From Candidatus Poribacteria bacterium (GTDB lineage Bacteria; Poribacteria; WGA-4E; WGA-3G), in NCBI GenBank assembly GCA_965198235.1, contig OZ240248.1:4416001-4480000 (forward strand): a DNA stretch of 64,000 nt. The letters are read 5' to 3'. This document shows, piece after piece, positions 52,007-61,171 of the stretch; within the stretch, counting starts at the first letter, position 1, and each line of letters opens with the position of its first letter. The notes under the pieces are model-generated. The model was given only the letters and a program-made list of their open reading frames with translations. It searched no databases and was not told where the DNA came from. The position numbers were made by a program, and so were the translations under genes.

Positions 52007-52922
52007 CCTCTCTGAGTTCCTCAAGCGTGAGTCTAATTGGAGAGAGACCGTGCTTTCCCATAGCGTATATAAACGCCTCACGGGACATCCCGGCGAAGCG
52101 CGCGGAGAGGCCTGTGCTGAGCTCTTCGCGGTCATACGCTTTTAACGCCAACTTTAGACGCGCCCCCTCCTCAAATTCGGGCATCGGCTTGTGCGGGCAC
52201 AGCATATCCAAGACATCTGCGGGCAATTGAATGCCGGTTTTCTGCGCAAACGCTGCGGTACTCCCATAGCGCGTATAAAATAGCGGACGAATGTCCACAC
52301 GTAAGATCGCCGCAACCGTCCAATCCGCTTTTGTCTTTTTCCAGTGCTGATAATGTAAATATGCGACACCGGCGTGTCCATAAGCCAGCCCCGCATCTGA
52401 ATCAAGTTTTATCGCCATATCAAAGTCGTCCAGTGCGTGTTGAATATCTAACCTATTGAGGTGGAGACTGCCCCGATTTGTATACGCCTCGGTGAGTTCC
52501 TGATTCAAACCTATCGCCATGGTATAGTCTTGGAGCGCATAAATCGTTTCGCCTTTTAGTTGATAAGCGATGCCGCGGTTGTTATACGCCTCTGCGTAGT
52601 TACGCTTACACTGGATTGCCCTGTAATACGCGCTCAGTGCTTTATCCACCTCACCTTTTTTCATGTAAGCGAGCCCTTGATTGTAATGGGCATTGACATA
52701 ATCCGATTTGAGATCTATCGCCTTCGCAAAGGCTGCGATCGCCTTGCCATACGCCCCGTTTTCGCAATAGGCAATACCGCGGGTGTTGTGCGCCTCGGCC
52801 TCGGCGAGGTTCGGGTGCTGTGTCGGTTTTGAAAACTCTCCGAGGCTGATACTATGTCCACACTGATATTCGTGTGCAAATCCACAATGAGAATAGATGT
52901 CAACGGCTTCGCTATTTTTCAT
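51966..52922 (-). CDS. TPR-repeat protein fused to a C-terminal UPF0175 antitoxin domain
   Basis: About five TPR repeats (AY.NRG.AY), then RLKLALKAY...LSTG.SARFAGMSREAF...G..G. Confidence 0.8.
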   Translation of the reverse strand: MKNSEAVDIYSHCGFAHEYQCGHSISLGEFSKPTQHPNLAEAEAHNTRGIAYCENGAYGKAIAAFAKAIDLKSDYVNAHYNQGLAYMKKGEVDKALSAYYRAIQCKRNYAEAYNNRGIAYQLKGETIYALQDYTMAIGLNQELTEAYTNRGSLHLNRLDIQHALDDFDMAIKLDSDAGLAYGHAGVAYLHYQHWKKTKADWTVAAILRVDIRPLFYTRYGSTAAFAQKTGIQLPADVLDMLCPHKPMPEFEEGARLKLALKAYDREELSTGLSARFAGMSREAFIYAMGKHGLSPIRLTLEELREDAESAREASSYQQ

Positions 52923-53433
52923 AATGGCAGTTCCTCTGATATTGGCGCGTTCCAGCAGGCGTTTTAAGTGTATCACCCTTCAATCAGCGGATCAAAAAGT
53001 CGACTCAAACAACAAGCATTAAGATAAATCTTCCAGAAACGAGCGTGTGGGTTTAGTGGCATTTTCTCTCCGATTTTTCGCATGAAAAAAAATTGCGGAA
53101 GGTGTAACATTCTTTCGACTCCGAATCCGTTGCGTTTCTCTGGAAGTTCCATGAGAATCCCCCTTAAAAATGTTACACTGGTGTAACATTTGGTGTATAA
53201 TGCTTATCGGCAGAAAACCCAGTGGCTGTAAGGGTTCATTGATGTTTTTTTCTGATGTCCCGCTGTAAAAAAAATAATTTTCTGTAAAGCGTAACATTTT
53301 TTTCAGATATTCTGAAGTCCTCGCGTTTTTTGTCGCGTGTCGTGGTATTAACGGCGGTCTGAAAGAACCATAAATATTATACTATATTTATCAGTAGTTT
53401 TCAAGTCAAAAGTTAATTTGAAAAACTATAAGC

Positions 53434-53536
53434 GTTGGGTTTCACTCGGCACCGCTGCGATGGAGGCGGTATTGAACAAATATCGGTTTTCTTTGAGTTG
53501 CCAGCGTTTTGCTCCCGCCCGTTCAACCCAACCTAC
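53434..53536 (-). repeat. Solo 103-bp GTAG-REP-like element
   Basis: Same arms; spacer clearly homologous to the 18104-18206 copy. Confidence 0.85.
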
Positions 53537-53559
53537 GGGGAAGTCTTTTCTTAATTAAA

Positions 53560-53653
53560 TAGGACTTACGCAGTCCCCTTTGCTGGCGAGGTTTGAAACC
53601 TCGCCAGCGGCGTGTAGTACGTAGATCCTCGTAAGAAAATTGCGTAAGTCCTG
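53560..53653. mobile_element. Second copy of the AGGACTTACGCA-ended MITE
   Basis: Inverted homolog of 23883-23975. Confidence 0.75.
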
Positions 53654-53886
53654 ATCTATTAAGGGTGTGTAAATATTTTGTCAAAAGGGCTGATAGTCCG
53701 GTTTCTCTTTTATCCGCGTCATCCGTGTCATCCGCGTCAATCCATGATTCAGACAATTAACATATATCGCCCCGCTGTAGAAATCAAAATCCTGTTCGTA
53801 GTAGTGCGATTTATCGCACGTCCCCGCATCACTAAATTACGCCCATTATTTTTTCGTGAACGGCGCACGGAGTGTACCTACTACTT

Positions 53887-56841
53887 TTAATACCGCTGCT
53901 GTCCCAAATTATGCACCGACATCACCTCGTTTCCGCGTGGGTCGATGACTTTGACGGCAACGCAGGCGTGCTCTCCAGCGGGAAATGGGAAGGATTCTGT
54001 GCCGCTGAATTTCTCAAATTGGTCTTCGTCGATGACACCTTTGAGGGCGCGGGCGATTTTGTCCCAGGCTTTTTTGTCGGGAAAGAAGGCTTGCGTGATG
54101 CAGAAGGTTCGACCATCATAGTCGGAATCGACGAACCATGCCGCGACCTTATCAGCACCAGCAGAACTGACTGTGTTATTTACAGGATTGTAGATGTCTA
54201 CACCCTCCATCTTGACGATGTATTCTCCGTTGGCTGTTTCTTTAAGTGCTGTGCGTGGCATTCCAAACACAGTGAATAATTGCGTGGACGGTGTCTCCTT
54301 GAGCAGTCCGCCCATCGCTACATCGGGGTTGATATGCGCTATATGGATACGGACTCTCGGATTCGGATCTTCTTGGATTATGGCTTGTGCTGCACCATCG
54401 AAACTGAAACCTGCAAAAACCAATTCATCGTAACCACGGCGCGACGCAATGGGTAGGCACTCTTCGACTTGCATCGCCGTTACGGGTCCGTGCTGCGGTC
54501 CAAATGCAACTGCAATGAGGCGTTCGGCATCGTCATTTTCCCAACTTCCTTCGGCGTGGAGGACATCCCCCTCAAGCGGGTCAAGCGTGGCGAATTTCAG
54601 CGTCCGGTTATCGGGAAACCGCACACCGTCATTGCGGAGGAGGCGAATCATCTGGTCGAGGTGTGCCTCGGCATTGACAGCGTCTTGTCCGTCTGTCTCT
54701 GCCTCATAAGTGTCCAGAGGTTCTTCGGGGTCGCCACCGATGGGTGATTCAATATCCAGCGATTCTTCGGCGGGTTGGACCGCCTCTACGGTGAAGGGAC
54801 CGCTCACCCGCGTCCGCTTTCTGTCCACTTCCGGCTGATCGACCAACTCCTCGCCTTCGGAGGATGCGGCGATGCAGCCATTCACCTCGTCCATCTTTTC
54901 CCGCCACGCCTTGCGGTAATCCGTTAAAGCCTCCTGTAGTGCTTTAGGCCAGTCGGGATCGGCATCAAAAGGCACTTCCCACTCCTGCCATACCGTCTTT
55001 GGGAATTGCCAACGTCGCAGGTCGGCATCGGTGATAGATCTTTTGCCCTCGCGCTTTTGCTTATCCGCAAACTTGGCGAGAAGTTTCGTACGGATGTCTG
55101 GCGTAACTTCAGCTAAGGCACAATTCAGCGTATCCAACTTCTCTTTGAGAACTTGTTCGTGTTTTGCAAAGATCGGGTCAAGTGCGGTGTTTTGTCCGAT
55201 GTCTTTGAGCGTGACGCGCGGGATGATTTTGTTGATAAAGCCACCAGCGATGCCTTTAGATTCGTTCTTGAATTGATAGTAGTTGAAGACTGCTGTTAAG
55301 AGGCGTTGCCGCGCTAAAGTAACTGCAACGCGACTGGTATCAATGGTAATCCAGCGTCTGCCCCACTGCTCGGCGACATAAGCAGTTGTGCCACTTCCGC
55401 AGGTTGGATCGAGGACAAGATCACCAGGGTCTGTAGTCATCAGGAGACAGCGTTGAACGACCTTGGATGCAGTCTGAACCACATAAGATTTTGCTAGTTC
55501 TGGTCCAGTATCAAGCCAAACATTGTTATATTCTTCGGCACCAAGGTCATCTAAGTAGTATTTAGATCTGATCCGGCTTCCTTCTTTTATGATACGCTTA
55601 CTTTTTACCATAGCATCAAACGCAGTTGCCGTATGTCGCCATTGGGTGTTGGAAGGAGGCGTATAAATCTCGCCTTCAAACTCTCGCGGCTCTCTCTTCT
55701 CCGTACCCATAGTGTGAAGCGGCAAAGACATGAAAATTCTAACATCATTAGGAATTTGTTTGGGATTTGTGCGTTCATCATTCGTTAGTGTTCTAACACT
55801 ACCATCTTGCTCAACATACTTGTATAAATCAAGATTCAAGTCGTCAATATTCTTAGGCTTAAATATCCGCCGAAATTTACATAATTCCTTTTGTTTGGCA
55901 TACCATATAATGTGGGCTTGAATTCTGCGCGGTCCTAATTTTCGTTCAAAGCCGCTGGTCACTTTATATGTAATCTGAGATACAAAATTCTCACTCCCGA
56001 ACACTTCATCCATGACACACCGCACTCGGTGGACATTTTCATCTCCAATCTGCATAAAAATGCTTCCGCTATCTGTTAACAACTCTTTGGAGACAATTAG
56101 GCGATCACGCAGATAAGCGAGGTAGGAATGGATACCGAGTGTCCACGTATCGCGATAAGCTCTAATCTGTTCCTGTTCCCGAGTTAAATCTTGTGATCTA
56201 TCTTTTACATCGCGTTGAAAGACGGTGGGTTGGAAGTTGGAGGCGAACGTGATGCCGTACGGTGGGTCAATGTAGATCGTTTGCACCTTGCCGGCAAGGT
56301 CCTCACGGTGTGCGAGGGAGCTCATGACGGTGAGGCTATCACCGAGGATGAGGCGGTTTGCCCAATCCACGTCGTGCTGGTAGAAATCGACTGCCTCGCC
56401 ATACGCCTGCTGTGGGTCGGCGAAGAGTTCACGCTGGACGTTTTGGCGTTCTGCAACCTTCAAGATGGCTTTGGCACTCACGCGCTCGTGGATATGCAGG
56501 GCAACCGGATCAACGGTAAACGATTTCGTCTCCTGTTTGCCTGCCCATTCGAGCCATGGGCTGTGGTGTTGGAGTGCGCCGGCGATGGTTTTTGCTTCTT
56601 CTGCGGAGAGTGCTTGCTGCCGCGCCTTTTGGAGCAGTTCGGGGAGTTTGTCCGCGTCTCCGTTTGGGTCGGATCGGAGGTTGGGGGGCAGGTGCGGATT
56701 GTAGGCGTATTCCTGCTTGGGTGTTTCTTGGATTTTTCCTTGTGCGGCGATGCCGGCGGGTGGGTTGTTTTTTCGGGTAGCGGTGTCGTGTCTGTAGTCT
56801 TGGACCTCTTTTTGTTGGGTGGTGCGTTTCTTTCTTGGCAT
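53887..56841 (-). CDS. mod: Type III RM DNA methyltransferase (Mod, N6-adenine)
   Basis: NRLILGDS, IDPPYG, AYRDTW, DPTCGSGTT, VKVIDPRGNE; RBS AGAGGA. Confidence 0.92.
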   Translation of the reverse strand: MPRKKRTTQQKEVQDYRHDTATRKNNPPAGIAAQGKIQETPKQEYAYNPHLPPNLRSDPNGDADKLPELLQKARQQALSAEEAKTIAGALQHHSPWLEWAGKQETKSFTVDPVALHIHERVSAKAILKVAERQNVQRELFADPQQAYGEAVDFYQHDVDWANRLILGDSLTVMSSLAHREDLAGKVQTIYIDPPYGITFASNFQPTVFQRDVKDRSQDLTREQEQIRAYRDTWTLGIHSYLAYLRDRLIVSKELLTDSGSIFMQIGDENVHRVRCVMDEVFGSENFVSQITYKVTSGFERKLGPRRIQAHIIWYAKQKELCKFRRIFKPKNIDDLNLDLYKYVEQDGSVRTLTNDERTNPKQIPNDVRIFMSLPLHTMGTEKREPREFEGEIYTPPSNTQWRHTATAFDAMVKSKRIIKEGSRIRSKYYLDDLGAEEYNNVWLDTGPELAKSYVVQTASKVVQRCLLMTTDPGDLVLDPTCGSGTTAYVAEQWGRRWITIDTSRVAVTLARQRLLTAVFNYYQFKNESKGIAGGFINKIIPRVTLKDIGQNTALDPIFAKHEQVLKEKLDTLNCALAEVTPDIRTKLLAKFADKQKREGKRSITDADLRRWQFPKTVWQEWEVPFDADPDWPKALQEALTDYRKAWREKMDEVNGCIAASSEGEELVDQPEVDRKRTRVSGPFTVEAVQPAEESLDIESPIGGDPEEPLDTYEAETDGQDAVNAEAHLDQMIRLLRNDGVRFPDNRTLKFATLDPLEGDVLHAEGSWENDDAERLIAVAFGPQHGPVTAMQVEECLPIASRRGYDELVFAGFSFDGAAQAIIQEDPNPRVRIHIAHINPDVAMGGLLKETPSTQLFTVFGMPRTALKETANGEYIVKMEGVDIYNPVNNTVSSAGADKVAAWFVDSDYDGRTFCITQAFFPDKKAWDKIARALKGVIDEDQFEKFSGTESFPFPAGEHACVAVKVIDPRGNEVMSVHNLGQQRY

Positions 56842-56990
56842 TCTGTGTCCTCTTTTACAGAAATTAAAAACGTGAATTTGCAATGAAGAAATTTAATTAA
56901 TCCAAAAGCGCAAGTCGTGGTATCATACATCTGATAAGTGCAATACAATATATCAGAAAAATGTTCTTAAGTCAAGGAGGAAAACTATTA

Positions 56991-57884
56991 GTGACACAGA
57001 GTCCCGTTGACCTTGCACGGCGTCTCCTCAATGAAGATCTCAATAGGCTTGAAGATGTCCTCCAAGCAGATGTACTCACGATCTTCGGTCCGATATGGCC
57101 CGGGTTAGAGAACACTATTAGAAGCACTATTGAAAGGTTACGAAATCACAGGGAGCGAATAGCCGTTGTTTTAGACACAGTTGGTGGTATCATTGAGGTA
57201 GTTGAGCGGATAGTAACTGTGATCTGTCACCACTACAATGAAGTTTACTTTCTGGTTCCCGACCAAGCCATGTCCGCAGGCACAGTTTTCGTGATGGCAG
57301 GAAATCAAATTTACATGAATTACTTTTCATGTTTGGGACCGATTGATCCCCAAATTGAGAAGGATGGGAAGTTTGTGCCAGCCATGTCATATCTGAACCA
57401 GTATCAACGGTTCCGCGAAAGAGCAGAATCGGGTCAGTTAAATACGGCGGAACTGATTCTGCTCAATAATTTTGACCCAGGCGAACTTTACCAGTTTGAA
57501 CAAGCCCGTCTGTTATCAGAGAATCTTTTGGCTGAGTGGCTTTTTAAATATAAATTCAGAGATTGGAATACCCACAGTTCAACAGGAAATCCTGTTACCC
57601 CGGAAGAAAGGCGGCAAAGAACAGAAGAGATAGCCAGAGTACTAAGTAACTATGAACGTTGGCATTCTCACGGGCACCCGATTTCAAGAGACACGCTAAT
57701 CTCGGACCCCAGACTTCGCCTGCAAATTGAGAAGATTGAGGATAATCCAGGCCTCTCTCTCGCTCTTAATGACTACATTGTGTCGCTTGAATCTTACGTG
57801 CGAAGAGGACAACCTTGTTTGTTTGTACACACCCGAAATAATCCAAGGAGACTTCCGATCAGAAGACCGAGAGTAGCTTCTTAA
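56991..57884 (+). CDS. SDH family ClpP-fold serine proteinase
   Basis: DTVGG, AMSAGT (catalytic Ser), LGPIDPQ, WHSHG; RBS AGGAGG before GTG 56991. Confidence 0.85.
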   Translation: MTQSPVDLARRLLNEDLNRLEDVLQADVLTIFGPIWPGLENTIRSTIERLRNHRERIAVVLDTVGGIIEVVERIVTVICHHYNEVYFLVPDQAMSAGTVFVMAGNQIYMNYFSCLGPIDPQIEKDGKFVPAMSYLNQYQRFRERAESGQLNTAELILLNNFDPGELYQFEQARLLSENLLAEWLFKYKFRDWNTHSSTGNPVTPEERRQRTEEIARVLSNYERWHSHGHPISRDTLISDPRLRLQIEKIEDNPGLSLALNDYIVSLESYVRRGQPCLFVHTRNNPRRLPIRRPRVAS

Positions 57885-57904
57885 TAAAACAAGGAAATTT
57901 ACGA

Positions 57905-58207
57905 ATGAAAAACTTACGCAATCCTCCCCCTTCGCCTACAATAGAGGATACGGACAACAAGTCTAAGGCTACTATACCTGCTGACCGGAATGTTGACGCG
58001 GCGACTATCGAAAACAATCCGAAGGTTGATGCTCAACTTGTATCGGATTTCTACCGTCTTGTTGATGCATCACAGGGTGTCATCCGAAGCGCGCGAGGTG
58101 CCAATTACAGTTTGTCACATCCACTTGACTCCAAGGTCATGCCAACCGATCTCGATCAAGATCCCAGTCAAATCGAGAAAAATCCAAGTGAAGCCAAAAA
58201 GATTTGA
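57905..58207 (+). CDS. Small hypothetical protein
   Basis: RBS AAGGA; 20 nt downstream of the protease gene. Confidence 0.55.
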   Translation: MKNLRNPPPSPTIEDTDNKSKATIPADRNVDAATIENNPKVDAQLVSDFYRLVDASQGVIRSARGANYSLSHPLDSKVMPTDLDQDPSQIEKNPSEAKKI

Positions 58208-58299
58208 GCATTGATAAAACCCGATTAGATATATCCTTCAATTCCTTTTGGGTGAGGAACCACTTTCCTCGCCCATATTTTTTCAGATAACGGGCAGTA

Positions 58300-59010
58300 A
58301 TCAAAAGTCGGGATTCGGAGATCCCTCCTACAGGGGATTTCATGGTTTGTGAAGTTTCTGGTACGGTTGGAAACCGCACCTACCAATATCGGGTAAAGCC
58401 ATGGAGAGGTGAAGAAAATCTCGCCAGCGGTGTGGAGGAGTAGACGGATATTGGGAATCCAGACAGATGCCGCCCCTACGGGGCTTAGATTTGGCTTGTC
58501 CTATTTTTCTACACACATGCCGCCCCGATGGGGCTGAAGATCTGTTTGTAGTAGTGCGATTTATCGCACGTTCTCTCTTAGTGAATAGCACACACCGTGT
58601 TCTCACTAACTTGCATCACAAGTACAGTTCGTGCCTACAGAAGAATAGCAGTCAGCGATCAGAAGCCGGGATTCGGAGATCCCTTCTACTTGAAAATTAA
58701 ATAAATATTTCGGTAATTCTATCAAAGACACTTGTCAATCAAGAAATCTATAATCCGCGTCATCTGTGTAATCCGTGTAATCCGTGATTCAGACAATGAA
58801 CACGGACATTACCGAATTAAATTCTTAATCTTCAACAAGAAGGGTAGTCAGCAGTCAGCAGTCAGTGGCAAGGAAATTTCGCCAGCGGCGGGAAGGGATT
58901 TATTGTTACGGAAAACAGGCGCGGTTGGGAAACGTCGCCAGCGGGAATAGGAATCGATTTGTGGGGTGTTTGGTGTGGATCTGGTGCGGTTGGGAAACCG
59001 CACCTACCAG
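58300..59010. repeat. Dense cluster of several REP/MITE families
   Basis: GGATTCGGAGATCC, GCGGTT..AAACCGCAC, CCCCTACGGGG, GTAGTGCGATTTATCGCAC, ATCCGTGTAATCC, GTCAGCA repeats and the MITE shell at 58690-58835. Confidence 0.75.
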
Positions 59011-59057
59011 TTCTGAGGAAATTCTAAATCGACGTTCCCAATACGTTCAAAGTCAAA

Positions 59058-59678
59058 CTACTGCATCGGCGAAAACGGAGCAGGCAGCAGAAGTTTGCTC
59101 TCCTGTGTGATGGGTCTGACAGAGCCTTTGGGGGGCCAGACACCTTTCTCTCGCGTCTCTGCTCGGATCCGTTGACGTTCTTCAAAACTCCTATACGTCC
59201 ACAGATGGATGAAATTGTTGACACCACCGTATTCAGAGTACCAACAGCCTGCCAACGGTGAGAACTTCACGCGCTCGGGGATAGCTGCACTCCACGCCTC
59301 CAGCACTTGTGGCATACCCTCTGAGGGATAGGTGTACAAACGCATTTCATATAACGGACCGAGGTCTTTTTCACCTAAGGGTGTCATAAAGGGGGCTGGC
59401 AGATAAATCTCGGATACCATTGATACAATGAGATCGCTGGTATCAGGGGGCCATACTGGGTTCGGCTCGGCTTCCGCAGCACGCCGGATCTCCGCCCGCT
59501 GTTCAAGACTCTCGTAGGGCCAAATAGCGACCATCTGATTCAATGGTCCCACTTCGGTGTACCAGTGTCCACCGAGTTTCGATAGCTTTTGGCGTCCCGG
59601 TAACTTTTCGCCGAAGCGTTCCCAATATTCGTTAAGTTGGCCGAGTTTCAGATTATAGGTTCTTATCTCGTAGATCAC
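59058..59678 (-). CDS. NIPSNAP family protein (two domains)
   Basis: IYEIRTY, W.TEVG.LN...W.Y.S...R repeated twice, PAPFSP. Confidence 0.9.
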   Translation of the reverse strand: MIYEIRTYNLKLGQLNEYWERFGEKLPGRQKLSKLGGHWYTEVGPLNQMVAIWPYESLEQRAEIRRAAEAEPNPVWPPDTSDLIVSMVSEIYLPAPFMTPLGEKDLGPLYEMRLYTYPSEGMPQVLEAWSAAIPERVKFSPLAGCWYSEYGGVNNFIHLWTYRSFEERQRIRAETREKGVWPPKGSVRPITQESKLLLPAPFSPMQ

Positions 59679-59770
59679 GCTATCCTCCCGCGTTATTCGG
59701 TCTGATTCATTGGAACTGTTTCGTTAAATGTAGAATATACCGCTTTCTACACACGTGCTGCCTCGCAAGG

Positions 59771-60790
59771 CTAAAATCCGCGATGTAGGCAATGAGGATG
59801 ATACCTTAAAGCGTGATCGGTGTCAAGTGCTATTTTGAGAGGTTTCTGAAGGACAGGGATACAGGATTGAGGGGTTTTTGTTCGGTGTTCAGGGCGATAA
59901 CAGAGAACAAGCACCGGCAGTACCTGCGAAACACCGAAACCGACATCCGTGAGCCAGACTTCAGGTCCGTTCTTGTACTTTCTGACCAGAAATTCGTACT
60001 CTTTTTCTGTATTTGGGATAGGGTTGAGGCGATAGGAGTCGATTAAATCCAACCGCTGCAGCCATTTGGGGATCTGCTCCTCAAGAGGACGGAGTTGAAT
60101 TCGTCTGGAAAAGATCGCGGTGACCATCTCTTCTCCATGTTGCCCTACACCCGGTGAATGCTTGCCCTGCCATGCGTAATGTCGGCGGGGATATTCACGG
60201 AGGGGACCAAGATAGCAGATGCTACGGAATAGGTTTTCAAAACGCGTCTGGAGTGGCGAAAAAAGTTGAATTATATTAGGGTATGAATCGCGAATCCCAT
60301 AGCACCGAAACACGGTGGCATTGAGATTTAGCACACTGGGGGCGGAAACCCGACCGACCCCTCGACCCTCCCAACTTACCCCAAAGTGTTGTTCACCTAT
60401 CCTATAATTGAAACTCATCTCAGAGGCTGCATTCTCCACGTTATTGACTTTGAGATTGAAGGAGAGGGTATTTACTTCCTCCACATCCGGCAGCCTTAAT
60501 TTTTCGGAAAACTTCCACGAAACTGAAACTTGGAGTGGGTGGTCACGTCTGTGCTGGTAAATGAGATCATCAAAACTCCCCAAGTTAACGAGCGAATTAT
60601 CGTCACCGAAATCAATCACCCCATTCCAATTTGATGGACGCTCCATGGTCTGCTTGAGCATGAGCAGTGTTTGCAGGATACTGGTTTTGCCGGAACTGTT
60701 CGCGCCGAAGAAGCCGGTCAAGGGTGCTATCTGCAACTTACCGGTATCTTTCCACGATTTGAAATTCTGTGCGCTGAGTTCGGTAATCAT
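59771..60790 (-). pseudogene. AAA/ABC ATPase (DUF3696-associated type) truncated before Walker B
   Basis: NFKSW, GANSSGKTS, YLGPLR, DVGFGVSQVLPVLVLCY, then non-homologous tail without the expected EQPE..LHP. Confidence 0.8.
59798..59826 (-). promoter_or_regulatory. sigma70 promoter for NIPSNAP, embedded in the spurious tail of the ATPase ORF
   Basis: TTGACA-N17-TATCAT. Confidence 0.65.
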
Positions 60791-60994
60791 GATGTATACC
60801 TCGTTCTCTGGCACAAATAGAGAATATTTTTCTGTCCTTAGAACTGCCAAATGCCGCCCTTATAGGGCTTGATGGTTCCTCTGAACGCGTTTCTATAAAC
60901 ATGCCGTCCCGCTGGGACTAAAGAAGGGAAAACGGAAAGCCCCTAAGAGTTTAGGGAGGATAATTGTGCAGGACAGGTGCGGTTGACAAACGCA

Positions 60995-61132
60995 CTACTT
61001 CTCGCCTTGCTGGCGAATTGCGACTAACTCTTCCAGAATGCGCCTGTGAAGTCGATGTAATTCAAGGACCATTCCGATGCCGATAGCTATCGACACACCC
61101 GCTGCGAGAATGAGTTTCGTTTTTAAGGACAT
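60995..61132 (-). CDS. 45-aa single-pass membrane protein, not in the ORF track
   Basis: MSLKTKLILAAGVSIAIGIGMVLELHRLHRRILEELVAIRQQGEK*; RBS AAGGGA; directly after icd. Confidence 0.6.
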   Translation of the reverse strand: MSLKTKLILAAGVSIAIGIGMVLELHRLHRRILEELVAIRQQGEK

Positions 61133-61171
61133 GTGTCGTTCCCTTGCTACGTGCGCTCAATAGTTCTGCCG

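Noticed and set aside
56215-56886. 223-aa plus-strand ORF
   Set aside because: Antisense shadow of mod
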